This document shows positions 1 to 11,682 of a stretch of 64,000 bases of DNA, piece after piece (position 1 is the first letter of the stretch; the number at the start of each line of letters is the position of its first letter). The stretch lies in assembly GCA_043228905.1 (NCBI GenBank), contig JBHGNT010000007.1, positions 14,942,001 through 15,006,000 on the forward strand, given 5' to 3'. This DNA comes from Azolla caroliniana (Eukaryota > Plantae > Polypodiophyta). Both the position numbers and the translations under genes were made by a program. The notes under the pieces were generated by a model, which was not told the origin of the DNA, did no database searches, and was given only the letters and a program-made list of their open reading frames with translations.

Positions 1-37
1 AGTACTATAATTGGCGATGGCAGCTTTAGGAAGAGTT

Positions 38-216
38 CTCTCTCACACACACACACTCTCTCTCCCTCGCCCTTTCTTACCGTGCTACAAAAAAAAAGAA
101 ACGTAGAGAGAGAGAGTTGGGGGGGGGGGGGGGGGGGGTTGATTACAGAAAGAAAGGAGACGATTGAGACAGATGGAGAGGCTATGGCCACAAAGCAGAA
201 GGAAAGAGAAAAACAG

Positions 217-262
<46 letters not shown>

Positions 263-321
263 GTCTGTCTGTCTGTCTTGTCTAATCTGTGTGCGAGAGA
301 TGGAAAAGAAAGGAAAGGAAA

Positions 322-367
<46 letters not shown>

Positions 368-630
368 TGAGGATTCGAACCAGAGACCGATCGATCGTCC
401 GTCTTCCTCCACATTTAAAAAGGGGTTTTTTCTTCTTTTTCTTCTTTCTTCTCTCTCTCTCTCTACTCTCTACTCTCTACTCTCCGCAGACCTCCTCTCC
501 TCACATTTATTATGTTGGTAACCATATGTATATGTATGTAAAACGCCCCTTTAAGGGTTTCCCACTGGCCTACTCTCTTTTATTCGCATATATATGGTGG
601 CTTCCGAATCCTTCCTAAACCCTAACCCTA
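38..630. repeat. Cluster of (CT)n/(GA)n/poly-G microsatellites plus telobox-like AAACCCTAACCCTA; probably the 5' UTR/promoter of a gene lying left of the window
   Basis: (CT)n at 220-260, (GA)n at 325-362, G-run at 119-138, taaaccctaaccctaa at 617-631. ORFs here are low-complexity artefacts. Confidence 0.7.
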
Positions 631-652
631 AGGATCAACGCATGATCTCTAC

Positions 653-925
653 CGCATGATGATCATATCGAGATGTAGGAGTTGAATCGACCTCGAGAGA
701 CACTCCAGAAATGAGCATGTTGAACGCGAGAGGGCGAACTCTACAAGCGTGACACCCACTCCAGAAATGAGCATGTTGAACACGAGAGGGCAGACATCTA
801 TAAGAGTGAGCTGGCATGTAGAACTTTGTCGCATGATGATTGTGTCGAGATGCAAGAGTTGAACCCACCCCGAGAGCCACTCCGGATTGAGCATGTTGAA
901 CACAAAGGGCGGACTCTATAAGAGT
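653..925. repeat. Imperfect tandem repeat (core cactccagaaatgagcatgttgaac...agggc...ctataagag x3)
   Basis: Cores start near 701, 757 and 878. A second motif, cgcatgatgat...cgagatg..agagttgaa, occurs at 653 and 830. Confidence 0.75.
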
Positions 926-1664
926 TAGTTGGCTACACACCCTTTGCAAGTTTAACTTGCCTTCAAACCCCCCACCAATTCAATAGACCACCGATGTTTT
1001 GAAGAGTTTGTGAGAGTTGAAAGTGGATTCCATTAGGCAACTTAACATTTGTGTGGAAATATACATGTGGGATGCAAGAATTATCGTGTTGGATGTAAGG
1101 GTCGAATGTGTGACCTTTCTTGACCTCCTCGAGCAAACCTTAGCAACTAATGCTCAATTAGCATAAATACCAAGGTCGAGCACATCTACCCACATGGGAC
1201 AATTTTAAGGTACACACATGTCAAAATTAAAGTCTCTATTTCCATGATAATGTGTGGGGCGTGGGGCCATCATTCTTGCACTATGTTTCCATAATCTATA
1301 ACTGAATTGGATGTGTGCCATTTATTCGAAGACATGGACTAGAGAATGCAAATTTTCTAAATTGATTATCATAAAGTGGGATCAATTTTTTACAAACCAA
1401 GTGAAAGTTCTCCTTTTCCTCATTCTATTGTCGCTCTTAACTTTTCCATGATAGTTGTATGCATATTTAATAGCACGTGAAAAAACCCTTGTTGAGCCCA
1501 TCACTATAGTGAGAATCCTTACAACATAGTGACCCCTCGTAAGATGTTAGTAAGACTAGTTGACATAAAGGTAACTCCAATTGGGACAACCTATTAACAA
1601 AACTCAATTGTGACAATTGTCACATCAAATTCCCTTTAACTTGTTAGCTTCTCTCTCTCTCTCT

Positions 1665-2060
1665 AAGATTGCATGGAAAGCAAGTAAAATGTTTCACAAA
1701 GGACATACAAAGGTGAATTTTAGGGTTTCGTATGGGTGAATGATATGTCCATAGATTCCTTTGTAAATGAAGCTTTCTTGCAATGCCAATGTATCACAAC
1801 TTGGGAAATTTGTGGAGGCTTGTGGTTAAAACATTATATTGCACATAATGAACTACAAAACCATCTTTGTCTCTATATTGGGAAACCACACTCATCGACA
1901 CGTGCTAGAGCACATCCCTTTGTCCACCATTTATACCGTTGCTTCAATACCACTACGCTCACATTCTCTTCCTTGTGAGACAAAGGTGTTGGGGCAACTC
2001 AACAATGATCATGTTCGTCCTTTCAACAACTCCAATTGTAGAGAATCGTATGAACAAATG
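1665..2060 (+). mobile_element. Degenerate 3' fragment of a non-LTR retrotransposon (RTE-X/L2-like C-terminus); same family as 41930-42790
   Basis: SIDSFVNEAFLQCQCITTWEICGG and HTHRHVLEHIPLSTIYTVASIPLRSHSLPCE align with SLDSSINEAFLQCQCIMTWDKCGG and RTHRYMLEPIPLSAIRTIASMRLSSHALQCE at 42 kb; frameshifted. Confidence 0.75.
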
Positions 2061-2800
2061 TAATGCCCATTGTTCATAGGTTGTGATGTATGTTATGTCC
2101 AAATTGATGATTAACTCAAGCAAATCATAGTGCTAGTAAGAGAGGTTGGAAAAATGAATATGTTATGCCTTTGTTAAGATTAGACAATTAGGTGGAGAAT
2201 GTTCTCTTTCTTCATAGATTTTATCAAGGAGGTTATACACAATAGGTGGGAGACCTTGGGAGATGTACATTAATTAATTGCTTGTCTCCTATAATTTAGG
2301 ACTCATATTCTTTGTACATTCCAAACGACTCATAAACAAGTTCTTAAACTAGAATGATATATTTCGTAATAAGACCATTCAATACAAGAGTTATTCTATC
2401 TAATTATGTACATGTCCTTATCGAATGAGCAATATCGCTTTAGTTCATGTTGCCAACCAAATTCTTCAAACTCATTTGGCATGCATTCTCTACCTTCATA
2501 TGATGCTAATCGTTTGATATAGTTCCCACATGCCTATTTCTACCATTAACTTCAGTTCTTCAAAGCCAATAAATGCATGAGACTTACTAAGTAAACCATA
2601 CATTTCTTGACATGTCAGCTACACATGTCTTGAAATAATATAGCATGTTCCTTCAATTGATGTCGTTTGTCTAGGTCCCCATAGGAAACTATGAGCAATT
2701 TCTAGGTTCTCCGTTGCTTTGCATGTGCTTTTGTTGACACCCTATTTCATTGTTGTTTCCCAAAAATGTAAAGTGCACGTGCTATGTTCTTCATTGACCT

Positions 2801-3208
2801 TAACAATCGGCAATGGTTCGGTTCAATTTTAGAGGGTCAAAACCGAACCATTTAAAAATGTTGAAACTTGAACTGAACTGAACCATGAAACCATTAAAAA
2901 AAATTCAAACCGTTAAAACCGCGGTTTCGTGGTTTAGTTTTGGTTTTCAACTTAGGTCAAATTTCAAATTTTAATTTTTTTTTAATTTAAAATTTAAAAT
3001 TTTTAAAGATGTTCCTTTAATGTGAGAATAAGGTCTAAAAATGAAAAGATTGTTTAAAAACAAATTTAAAAATAAAAATTGTTAAACCGTTTAAATTGCA
3101 GTTTCTGACTAAACTGTTAAAACCGAACCGAACTGTTTAAACCGTTAAGCCATTAAGCCGCGGTTTTGCGGTTTGGTTCGGCTCAAACCGAACTGTTGCC
3201 GATTGTTA
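2801..3208. mobile_element. hAT-type MITE, 408 bp
   Basis: 23-bp TIR: taacaatcggcaatggttcggtt vs reverse complement of aaccgaactgttgccgattgtta (2 mismatches). Perfect 8-bp TSD attgacct at 2793-2800 and 3209-3216. Many subterminal aaccg motifs. Confidence 0.92.
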
Positions 3209-4318
3209 ATTGACCTACAACAAAGAAAAACATTCCACAATATATTACCTTCTAAAATGAATGTTGTTTTTGTAGTTCACATGACCCATTCACTTCTTAC
3301 GTCAAATGTTTAACAAGTCACATGAAACTTGAGATGAGAAATGTGCTTGATAAATATTAAAGACAATTATGTTTGAGCTTAATAAAGTCTTTCAACACTA
3401 GATACTTTGCAGAATATATCTTTGTTCTTATCCTCAACTCAACGATAAATGTTCCTTCATAGACTTTTACAACTATCGAACTGACAAAAACTATATTTAT
3501 GTTATGCTTGGAACTAGATTTACATTCATTCATTTGTCTTGCTTTTGTATAAAGTGGAAAGTAAATTTACTTTCTACTTTATGGTGAGAATGATCACGTG
3601 TTATGATTGATATTTCTCTATGAAAGAGTGGAATTGGTTCAACATGGCTGCTCTTGGGGTTGGGGCCTATTAAATTTAAATACCATTCATCTTCTATGCT
3701 CTCATGCGGGCCTTGATTCTTTTCGCGTGATTATCTTCAACACTTTCTTTGTCATGAGTATGGTGTGCATCTTGTACAACCACGCTCCATAATTTTTCAC
3801 CTTGGATCCATAATGAATTATTGATGCGAGCTCTCAAAAAGATTTTGTAATCCAAGCAACTCTTATACCACAAAGAGAGGAACTGAATAATGAGATGAAC
3901 GAACAACATACAAAATTACGAGCTGCGTGCACCTAAGCTTTCAAATACTTTTTGAAAAAGTTGTAAGGTACGAATGCCAAGCAAGTCATGCAAATGGTTA
4001 TATATCCACACATGATGATGCTCAAGTACGTGGTGATAACAACATCTTATTCGAGCATATCAGTCTCGTTTCTACATGCGAACATATGGTATCAACAATT
4101 GTTAGTTCGTGTTAGTATGAACGGTGATTTTCATTCTCTTGACGGGTTGCAGAGGGCTTCCCTGTAGGACACGAGATGGGTTTGGACGGGAAGATTTAGG
4201 AGTGCCATCGTGTTTCTTACATAACGAAGTTGGATCGGCGAATTATGTTAGGTTCTAAAAGGGTTAAACATAGTGAAAACATCTTGGGTTGTATTAGCAC
4301 CACCTCCTCCTCCACATG

Positions 4319-4351
4319 AACCCTAAACCCTAAATCTTAAACCCTAAACCC
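4319..4351 (+). promoter_or_regulatory. Telobox-like (AAACCCTAA) cluster upstream of the PPR gene
   Basis: aaccctaaaccctaaatcttaaaccctaaaccc about 320 bp upstream of ATG 4672. Confidence 0.5.
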
Positions 4352-4671
4352 TTCACATGGGTGTATGTATACAAATTACAATATTCCCCCAAATCAGAAA
4401 CAAAGCATTGCATAGCCCATGAACTAACCAACTCAATGCAATGATTGTTTAAGAATGAGAACACACCCCATCTCTTTAAATTTTAGGCTTTGAAGGGAAC
4501 AGAGTAGGAGGAGGAGAACAGAGGCAGATGGAATGAGTCTTGACGGCAGTGATGGATATGGAAGAAGAGAAAGCACCCAATGATTCTCTATGAATTCAGA
4601 ATGAGACAAACCTATCTATTTATTTAGCCTTTGAAAGAGAACAGAGGAGCAGGCAGGAAAAGGGGAGGCAG

Positions 4672-6783
4672 ATGGACAGAGTCTTGAAGGCAGTGAAGCT
4701 TATGGAAGAAGAGAAAGCGCCCATTTCCGGTGATGTCCTCTGCACCCTCCTGCAAGAATGCACGAAGAAGAAAGACCTGCGGAACGGCAGAAGAGCCCAT
4801 GCCCTCCTTGCTCGCTGTGGGTTGGACACCGTTTCCTTCTATGGTGATCACTTGGTCCGTTTCTTCGCCGCCTGCGGCCATGTCTCCGATGCACATAAAG
4901 CTTTCTATCAGATCCTCTCCCCCACTGTTTATTCATGGAACTCTATCTTTACAGCAAACGCTAAGAATGGGGATGGAGCTTCATCACTGGAGATGTACTT
5001 CAGAATGCAAGGGGAGAGCTCTATTTCTCCTGATAGAATCACATTTTCTTGCATTCTGAAATGTTGTAGCATGGTAGGGGATCTGGATGTAGGCATGATG
5101 ATACATGGTCAAGTTCTTGATAGTGGAAACATGGCCGATTCAGCCATCGGAAATGCTCTTGTTGACATGTATGCAAAATGTGGTCACTTGAAAGATGCAG
5201 GACATGTGTTTGATAGATTACCACATAGAGATGTCATATCATGGGGGGCAATCATAGGTGGATATGGCTTACAAGGCCATGGACAGAAAGCTTTGAGCCT
5301 TTACCACAAAATGCTACAAGATGGCATCTTACCGAACGATGTCATCTTCTTGTGCCTAATGAAAGCATGCTGTAATGTTGCATTTATAAGACAAGGGAAG
5401 AACATACATGACCAAATACTCAGGTCTGGCTTTGGATTTGAGCTTACCATTGGCAGTGCTTTGGTTGATATGTATATTAAATGTGGTTTACTTGAAGAAG
5501 CAAGGAAAGTGTTTGAAAATTTGTTGATCAGGAATGTTGTGGCTTGGGGTGCTATCATTGGAGGATATGCTCAGCATGATAATGGGCAGATGGTCCTCAA
5601 GCTGTATGCGAAAATGCAAAAAGAAAAAACCACGCCAAATATAATCATTTTGGTATCGGTCCTTAAAGCATGCGGAAGTGTCGGGGCGCTGACTCTAGGA
5701 AGGTTGGTACATTGCCAAGTTATAGAAATGACACTGTCACTCGAGGTCATTGTTGGAAGTACAATTGTTGATATGTATTCGAGATGTGGAAGCATGGATG
5801 AAGCTCAAAATGTCTTTGATAAGATGTCAGAAAAGAATGTGGTCACTTGGGGTTCCTTGGTTTCAGGATATGCTCGGACAGCTAACTGTGAAATGATCAA
5901 AGAAAGCCTAGAAAACATGCATCTGAGAGGTATTGAACCTGACGATTTGATATTCACGGGTATTTTAACAGCTTGTTGTCATGCTGGTCTAATAGAGCAA
6001 GCATGCTTCTTTTTCATGACTATGGTACAAAGGTATGGTATTCAACCAAGTATAGAGCAATATTGCACCATGGCCCATCTTCTCGGAGGTGCTGGATTGC
6101 TGAGTGAAGCCCAGGATATACTCCACACAATGCCCAGAACACCGGACACAGGGATGTGGAGGTCACTTCTGACAAATTGTAGAGCTTATGGAAACACTGG
6201 GTTGGGAGGATCGTGCTTAGATCACGCAACACAAATACATCCGAGTGATGCGTCAAGTTATGTGCTCTTGTCAAATGCATATGTGGATGCACAAATGTAT
6301 GATTGTGTTAGTGATAAGTTTGATGAATCAAAAAGGGGTTTAGCCATGTGGAAAACCCCTAAGATACAAATAGATTGCATGAATGCTAACCTACATGAAA
6401 TGATGACCAATTCCAAGTCTATAGAAAGTGAGTATGTTTCTCCTTGTGGTTTAGAGTCTATGGGTAACCAAACCAGGGTATTTACCTCAAATTTGTGTCT
6501 TGGTAATAGAGAATTTCTTTCCAATTTTTGTCTTGTTCTCTCACTCTTTTATGCGCTTGATCAACAAAATGTAAATCAAAAACCTATTTTGTCGCAATCT
6601 ATTTGCTCTTCCACTATTATTCTAGAAAAAATTCAATCTCTCTTACTACATAGGCTAGAATTGCAAAAGGGCTCACCATCCACGAGCCATATATATATTA
6701 TGGATTTGAATTCCATGTCACCACAAAGAAATGTATCGCCATATATCTACAATAGTTGTAAATATGTAGCATGTGAAGCTTGA
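4672..6783 (+). CDS. PLS-class pentatricopeptide repeat protein with E domain and no DYW domain (organellar RNA-editing factor family); intronless
   Basis: Repeated P-L-S motifs (GNALVDMYAKCGHLKDAGHVFDRLPHRDVISWGAIIGGY; GSALVDMYIKCG; GSTIVDMYSRCG) and an E motif (MPRTPDTGMWRSLLTNCRAYGN...SYVLLSNAY). The last ~140 aa are not recognisable. Confidence 0.93.
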   Translation: MDRVLKAVKLMEEEKAPISGDVLCTLLQECTKKKDLRNGRRAHALLARCGLDTVSFYGDHLVRFFAACGHVSDAHKAFYQILSPTVYSWNSIFTANAKNGDGASSLEMYFRMQGESSISPDRITFSCILKCCSMVGDLDVGMMIHGQVLDSGNMADSAIGNALVDMYAKCGHLKDAGHVFDRLPHRDVISWGAIIGGYGLQGHGQKALSLYHKMLQDGILPNDVIFLCLMKACCNVAFIRQGKNIHDQILRSGFGFELTIGSALVDMYIKCGLLEEARKVFENLLIRNVVAWGAIIGGYAQHDNGQMVLKLYAKMQKEKTTPNIIILVSVLKACGSVGALTLGRLVHCQVIEMTLSLEVIVGSTIVDMYSRCGSMDEAQNVFDKMSEKNVVTWGSLVSGYARTANCEMIKESLENMHLRGIEPDDLIFTGILTACCHAGLIEQACFFFMTMVQRYGIQPSIEQYCTMAHLLGGAGLLSEAQDILHTMPRTPDTGMWRSLLTNCRAYGNTGLGGSCLDHATQIHPSDASSYVLLSNAYVDAQMYDCVSDKFDESKRGLAMWKTPKIQIDCMNANLHEMMTNSKSIESEYVSPCGLESMGNQTRVFTSNLCLGNREFLSNFCLVLSLFYALDQQNVNQKPILSQSICSSTIILEKIQSLLLHRLELQKGSPSTSHIYIMDLNSMSPQRNVSPYIYNSCKYVACEA

Positions 6784-7219
6784 GGACCAACATGACATGG
6801 TATAGATGGAAGAAATGCATTTGGTGGGTAGTAAATGTTATGAAACATGGATAACTATAACTTGTCAATCTTCTTGAGGAGGTAAAATAACATAAAATAC
6901 TCAAATGAAATATAATTGGCAATCAGCACTCGGTAATGGTATTGTTCGTTGATACAATAAAATACAATAAAGAACCTAACATCAAACTTCTAGACTGCTA
7001 AAGATTCGCAAACTTAAAAGGGTCGAAAGGACAAACCTTATTGTTAAATTGTGAATCAATACTCAATAATTTTTTAGATGGAATTGGTGGGGATTTTGGA
7101 AAAATGCTATGCTTATTATTAGATTGTGAATCACTAATCAATCATTTGTTAGATGGAACTAATGGGGATGTCAAAAATGCCGTGCAATGCTTAAAGGCTA
7201 GCTTAGTTCTCCAAAAAGT

Positions 7220-10200
7220 CTTAGATGGTTCTTCAATGCAGATTTCCAGCTACCTAAGTCCAATGATGGATCATTGCGTTTCTTCAATGGAATTTTTCGG
7301 GCATGGGAAACTCTTCGGCAAGCGCTTGTTTTCTTGCCACCGAAAAGCTATCATCAATTTATGCGTCAACCATTGATATGGAATCCTTCATTTATTGATG
7401 AAGCTGCATGTGTTTTGGGTTTATGCCCTAGGTTATCATGGGCTGCAATGGATAGTGGACCAACTCATACGGTTGCGGATTGGATAAGGTTTATGCAGTC
7501 CTCTACGCTGGAGCAAAGTAATAGGTTATCTAACTTAAGAGGGGCTAAGATCATGTTATCACAATTGTCCAGGGTGTATAAGGTCACAGTGCCTACATTG
7601 CAATTCGATCATTTTCAGAGTTGGTACGGTATGTTCTCGACACTCAATATACTTATAGGAGCTCGGTTATATGATCAAAATGGTAGCATTTATTTTTATG
7701 AAGTGTTGGACAATGGTAGGTTGATACTAGTGGATGAGGAGTCTCAAATCATGTTGGCTGCGAAGCAATTGCCAGTGCGAGTAATTGCTAGATTAGATAA
7801 AAATATATATATCGATCCTAGTCCACTAATAGTTAATTTTTCATCTCATATTTCGGTGTTAGACTCTAAACCTATTCATGACCTGCAGTGGGATCCAACG
7901 GATTATGGTTGAAAATTATCCATATCTGACTCTTCGACTAAGCTCCTTCCTTTTTTCAAATATTCAGTAGCGTTTGGCAAGAATTTTATGTTGAGGCAGA
8001 CCGAGCCGATACCTGCTGGAAAAAAGTATTGGGAGGAAGGTAATGTTTCATCTACTCATATGGTTATGTTTTAGAAACAATTTTGGTCTATTAAATGCAT
8101 GAATAAGATATTGCATTTTCGGTGGTTGATGATTCATTATGCATTGCCAATAGGTCATTTATTGAGGGGATCAGTGAGTAATCGGTCATGTATTATGTGT
8201 GGGTTTGCGGATGAGACATTGCATCATGCATTTTGGGAATGTGTTTCCGCAAAAAGTTTTTGGTGTCGAATTCTTAGGCTTCTAGGTCGTAAGTATAGGT
8301 CTCCTATTTTTACGTGGGGTGCAGTCTTTTGGGGAATGTTGGATCAACAAAGGGCTTTTTATCATTATAATCATTCTTCATTGTCTTTATATGTAAGAAG
8401 TTTTCAGGTATATTCTACTTCAAGATCCTTGCAGGGAGTCAAGTTCTTCTCACGGAGTTATGTTTGGCAGATTGTCTCCTCGTTGTCTCTATGGGTTCTT
8501 TGGAAAGCTAGGTGCTCCAAGTTATACAATGATGAAGACATTCACGTTGTGGATCAGGTAAAGTCTTTTTGGAATTTATTAGTACATTCGGTTAAAGGTG
8601 AGTATGACAGGTATAAAGGCTATGGAAACACAGCCATTCGAAAAAGAAAGAGATTACGACGAGTTTGGTCAGCTATTCTTATAATGTTAGATGCAGGCAC
8701 GGAGGTTAGGTGGAATTATGTGCCACCTTGTTGGTTGTTCCCGCCACCAGTACCATTCTTATGGCGAACAACATGAGATAACAGGGAGGAGACGGTGGCT
8801 GCATGTAGGAAGCTTATTTTAATGTAGGTAAGATATACATATGCTAGAAGAAGATATGAGGAAATGGGATGATGTTCTGGATGCTGAATCAGACTAGTAT
8901 AAGAAGATTTTAGTGGTATGAGGCAGATTTCGTGTGATAATCAGAGACATCGACATGGTGGATGTGGACAGGTTGAAATAGGTTTAAGTTGTTTTGTGAT
9001 TAGGATGACTGATGTTGGTGGGGGTTGTCGAAGATTACTAGGAGAAGGTGAGGATTTCTGTTTGTTTTCTACTCATTTGTTGGTTGTTAGTGTAACAGGA
9101 TTGTCGAATCGGAGATAGCGAGATGGTAGATGGGGACATGACGAAGCCGTTTTTCTGTTTTTTGTGGTTAGGATGAGTGATGTTGGAGTGGGGGTTGAAG
9201 CAGATTATTATGAGAAGGCGAGGAATGGTTTTCCCTCATTTTTTGTTGTGATTACAGGGCCGCGTTAATCGGTGAGATGGAATAGGGGAAGCAAGATACC
9301 CCAGATATGGGCTGATTTAAGACAGATATTATGGTTCTCATAGGTTGCGGGATGATGGCAGTGGGATTTGAAGCAACTTTGTCATGGTGTGAGGATGAGT
9401 GGTGTTGGTGCGAGGGTTGAAGCAGATCAGGAGGGGAGAGGAATCATTGTTCACTTATTTTGTTGTTAATTGCACAGGATATTGGCGGTACTCGGCGAGA
9501 TGGTGGATGTGGATTGATTGAAGCAATTTGTTTGTTTTTAGGAGTGATGATGGTGGGGGGGACAGAAGCAAATCATGAGGGGATGAGGAACCATTATTCA
9601 CTTGTTTTTGTTGTTATTTGTATAGGTCAGAGGTGGTATTCGGCGAGATAGTGGATGTGGTTTGATTGAAGCAATTTCTCTGTTTTTAGGAGTGACGATG
9701 GTGCGGGGGAACGAAGCAAATCATGAGGGGATGAGGAACAATTTCTCATTTTTGTTGATTCATTGCACAGGACATTGGTGGTATTCGGCGAGATGGTGGA
9801 TGTGGACTAAAGGAAGCAATGTGTCTGTTTTAGGAGTGATGATGGTGGGGGGGGATCGAAGTAGTTCATGAGGGGATGAGGAATTTTTTTACTTATTTTG
9901 TTGTTAATTCCACAGGACATTGGTGGCATTCCGCGAGATGGTGGAGGTGGATTGAATGAAGCAATTTGGTTTTTAGGAGTGATGATGGTGAGGGGGCCGA
10001 AGCACATCATGAAGGGAGAGTGAATAAGTTGTGGGGATCGAAGCAAATGGGGTGAGAGGTGGAGATTAGTATAGTACATTTCATTTTCATGGTCTGGTTT
10101 TTTTTCTCCCCGACAGTTTTTACAAATGCTGTAATCAGTTCAGATCTGTTTGCAACTGTTTCTGTTGGGATGGTGAATCTTCTTATAGCTCCACACCTGA

Positions 10201-10475
10201 CACATATGATTGGAAAGACGGAGGACATGGAATATCATGTGAAATATAAGTTTTCTATGAAGTTCTGTTCTAAGAGCCCGAAATTTTGTTTTCTGCAGCA
10301 GATCACTGGAATCAATGTTGTGTTTTATAGCTGTTTTTTTTCCCAACAGTTTTTACAAATGCTAGAATCAGTTCAGATATACTGGTGGAGATGAAACAAT
10401 ATTATGTACTATTTGTATACTGCCTTCGGGCTTTTTATTAATACCAATGGAGCATATGTTTTATGGAAAAAAAAA
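7220..10475 (+). mobile_element. 5'-truncated L1-like LINE: ORF2 3' part with zf-RVT, 1.7-kb tandem-repeat 3' UTR and A-tail
   Basis: zf-RVT-like FRWLMIHYALP...CIMCGFADETLHHAFWEC and LWVLWKARC (8099-8776); upstream ORF2 piece at 7274-7912 is broken by stops. A9 tail at 10467-10475. Candidate TSD aaaaagt at 7213-7219 and 10471-10477. Confidence 0.88.
8945..10050 (+). repeat. ~145-150-bp tandem array (about 7 units) within the LINE 3' UTR
   Basis: Motif cgagatggtggatgtgg...gaagcaattt...ttttaggagtgatgatggtggggg...gaagca..tcatgaggggatgagg recurs near 8950, 9119, 9496, 9644, 9789 and 9934. Confidence 0.85.
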
Positions 10476-11479
10476 GTAAGCAAAGGCAAGTATGAGTTTG
10501 AAAGAAATGAGCCACTTAATCCCACCTTAATCTTACGAGTAAAAATATCACTCGAAGTAGCAAATAAAGCCACATACCTACACACCTCATTGTTGTGTTT
10601 GCATGATGGTGTTGATCAACATTATGCATTCATTGTTGAGGCATCGAACCTTGGCATAACTAACTACGCAAATCTTCAAAGTTCATATATGCAAGCATGC
10701 CAAGTTATTCTAAACAAGAACCCTACAATTGATGGGCAATATCTGAACCTCATTTATACTTGAGAGATTGAGCATTTTGGGATGATGAAATGTGGGGCAA
10801 AAGAATTGCGTCTCATTGTTTAGAATCCACTAGCATTTTCCCACAGTAGAATCAAATTACTTATTCATATCATACCAGAATCCTAAAAGATGTGCACATA
10901 AATATGATGGCACACAATTAAATAAGGTTGTGTTATGCAATTTAGACTAAATTTTGATCTAGTGGACTTAAGCAATTATGTTAAAATTGTTAATATTTTT
11001 TGTCATGTACTTAATGCATGTTCATGTTTGATTCATCTATAGAGAAACTTGGTGTGAATTCTCACAACCAATTTAGCGTTTTCGTCATTTTTAGAGATGT
11101 GCTAATTCTCATTTTAGAAGTCACTCAACTCAAATTGTCGGAGACTATGATCACTAATAGCTTCTTCCTCTTGGAACTAACAATCCTCAATCCAATGGTT
11201 TTGATGTAATACTATTATTGCTTTCTGAGCAATGCTATTAACAAAATGCCAACCTCTTCTTGATGACCCATATAATTTCAACACAAGACATCATATCTCC
11301 TTTCTTAATACATATTTTATTTCCCTATAATCCTTAGAAATTAGGGAGAAACGGAGTGTTTTGTTGTGTTATGAAATGGCCCTATGTTTTCGTTGCCCCC
11401 TCCTGAGTGCTTTTCATGGTTCTTGGGATGAGCCAAAAAAATTAACTGAGTTTTTCTCGTAAGGATATGAATGTTGTGT

Positions 11480-11645
11480 GAGTTGCTTATGTCCGGCCAG
11501 CCACAAGCTTTCTAATGTTGATTCTTGAGTGAGCTTCTTATGTCCTGTGGCTAAAACCTTCCTAATGTTGTTTGTCTTCTTATGTCCGGCCCGGCCATGA
11601 GCTTTCTAATGTTAATTCTTGAGTGAGCTTCTTATGTCCGGCCAA
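11480..11645 (+). repeat. Short tandem repeat upstream of gluconokinase (cttatgtccggcc...ctttctaatgtt.attcttgagtgagctt)
   Basis: cttatgtcc recurs at ~11486, 11537, 11579 and 11631. Confidence 0.75.
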
Positions 11646-11682
11646 ACTAGAGAGTTGGCAAGTTGGCAGGCACAAGACCCAA

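Larger units (their letters stand above)
7030..10850 (+). pseudogene. Degenerate RLK/Pelle-like kinase relic split by the LINE (pieces ~7030-7219 and 10478-10850)
   Basis: Removing the LINE and one copy of aaaaagt joins ...ESLINHLL...LQK V SKGKYEFERNEPLNPTLILRVKISLEVANKATYLH in frame. This resembles GSLENHL...PLSWxLRxKIALxxAxxLxYLH; stop codons follow. Confidence 0.45.

Noticed and set aside
82-618. ORFs with SLSLSL/ERERER/FFFF tracts
   Set aside because: Translations of microsatellites.
2400-4260. Possible decayed DNA-transposon transposase on the - strand around the MITE
   Set aside because: Only faint motif impressions with many stops; cannot be supported without a profile search.
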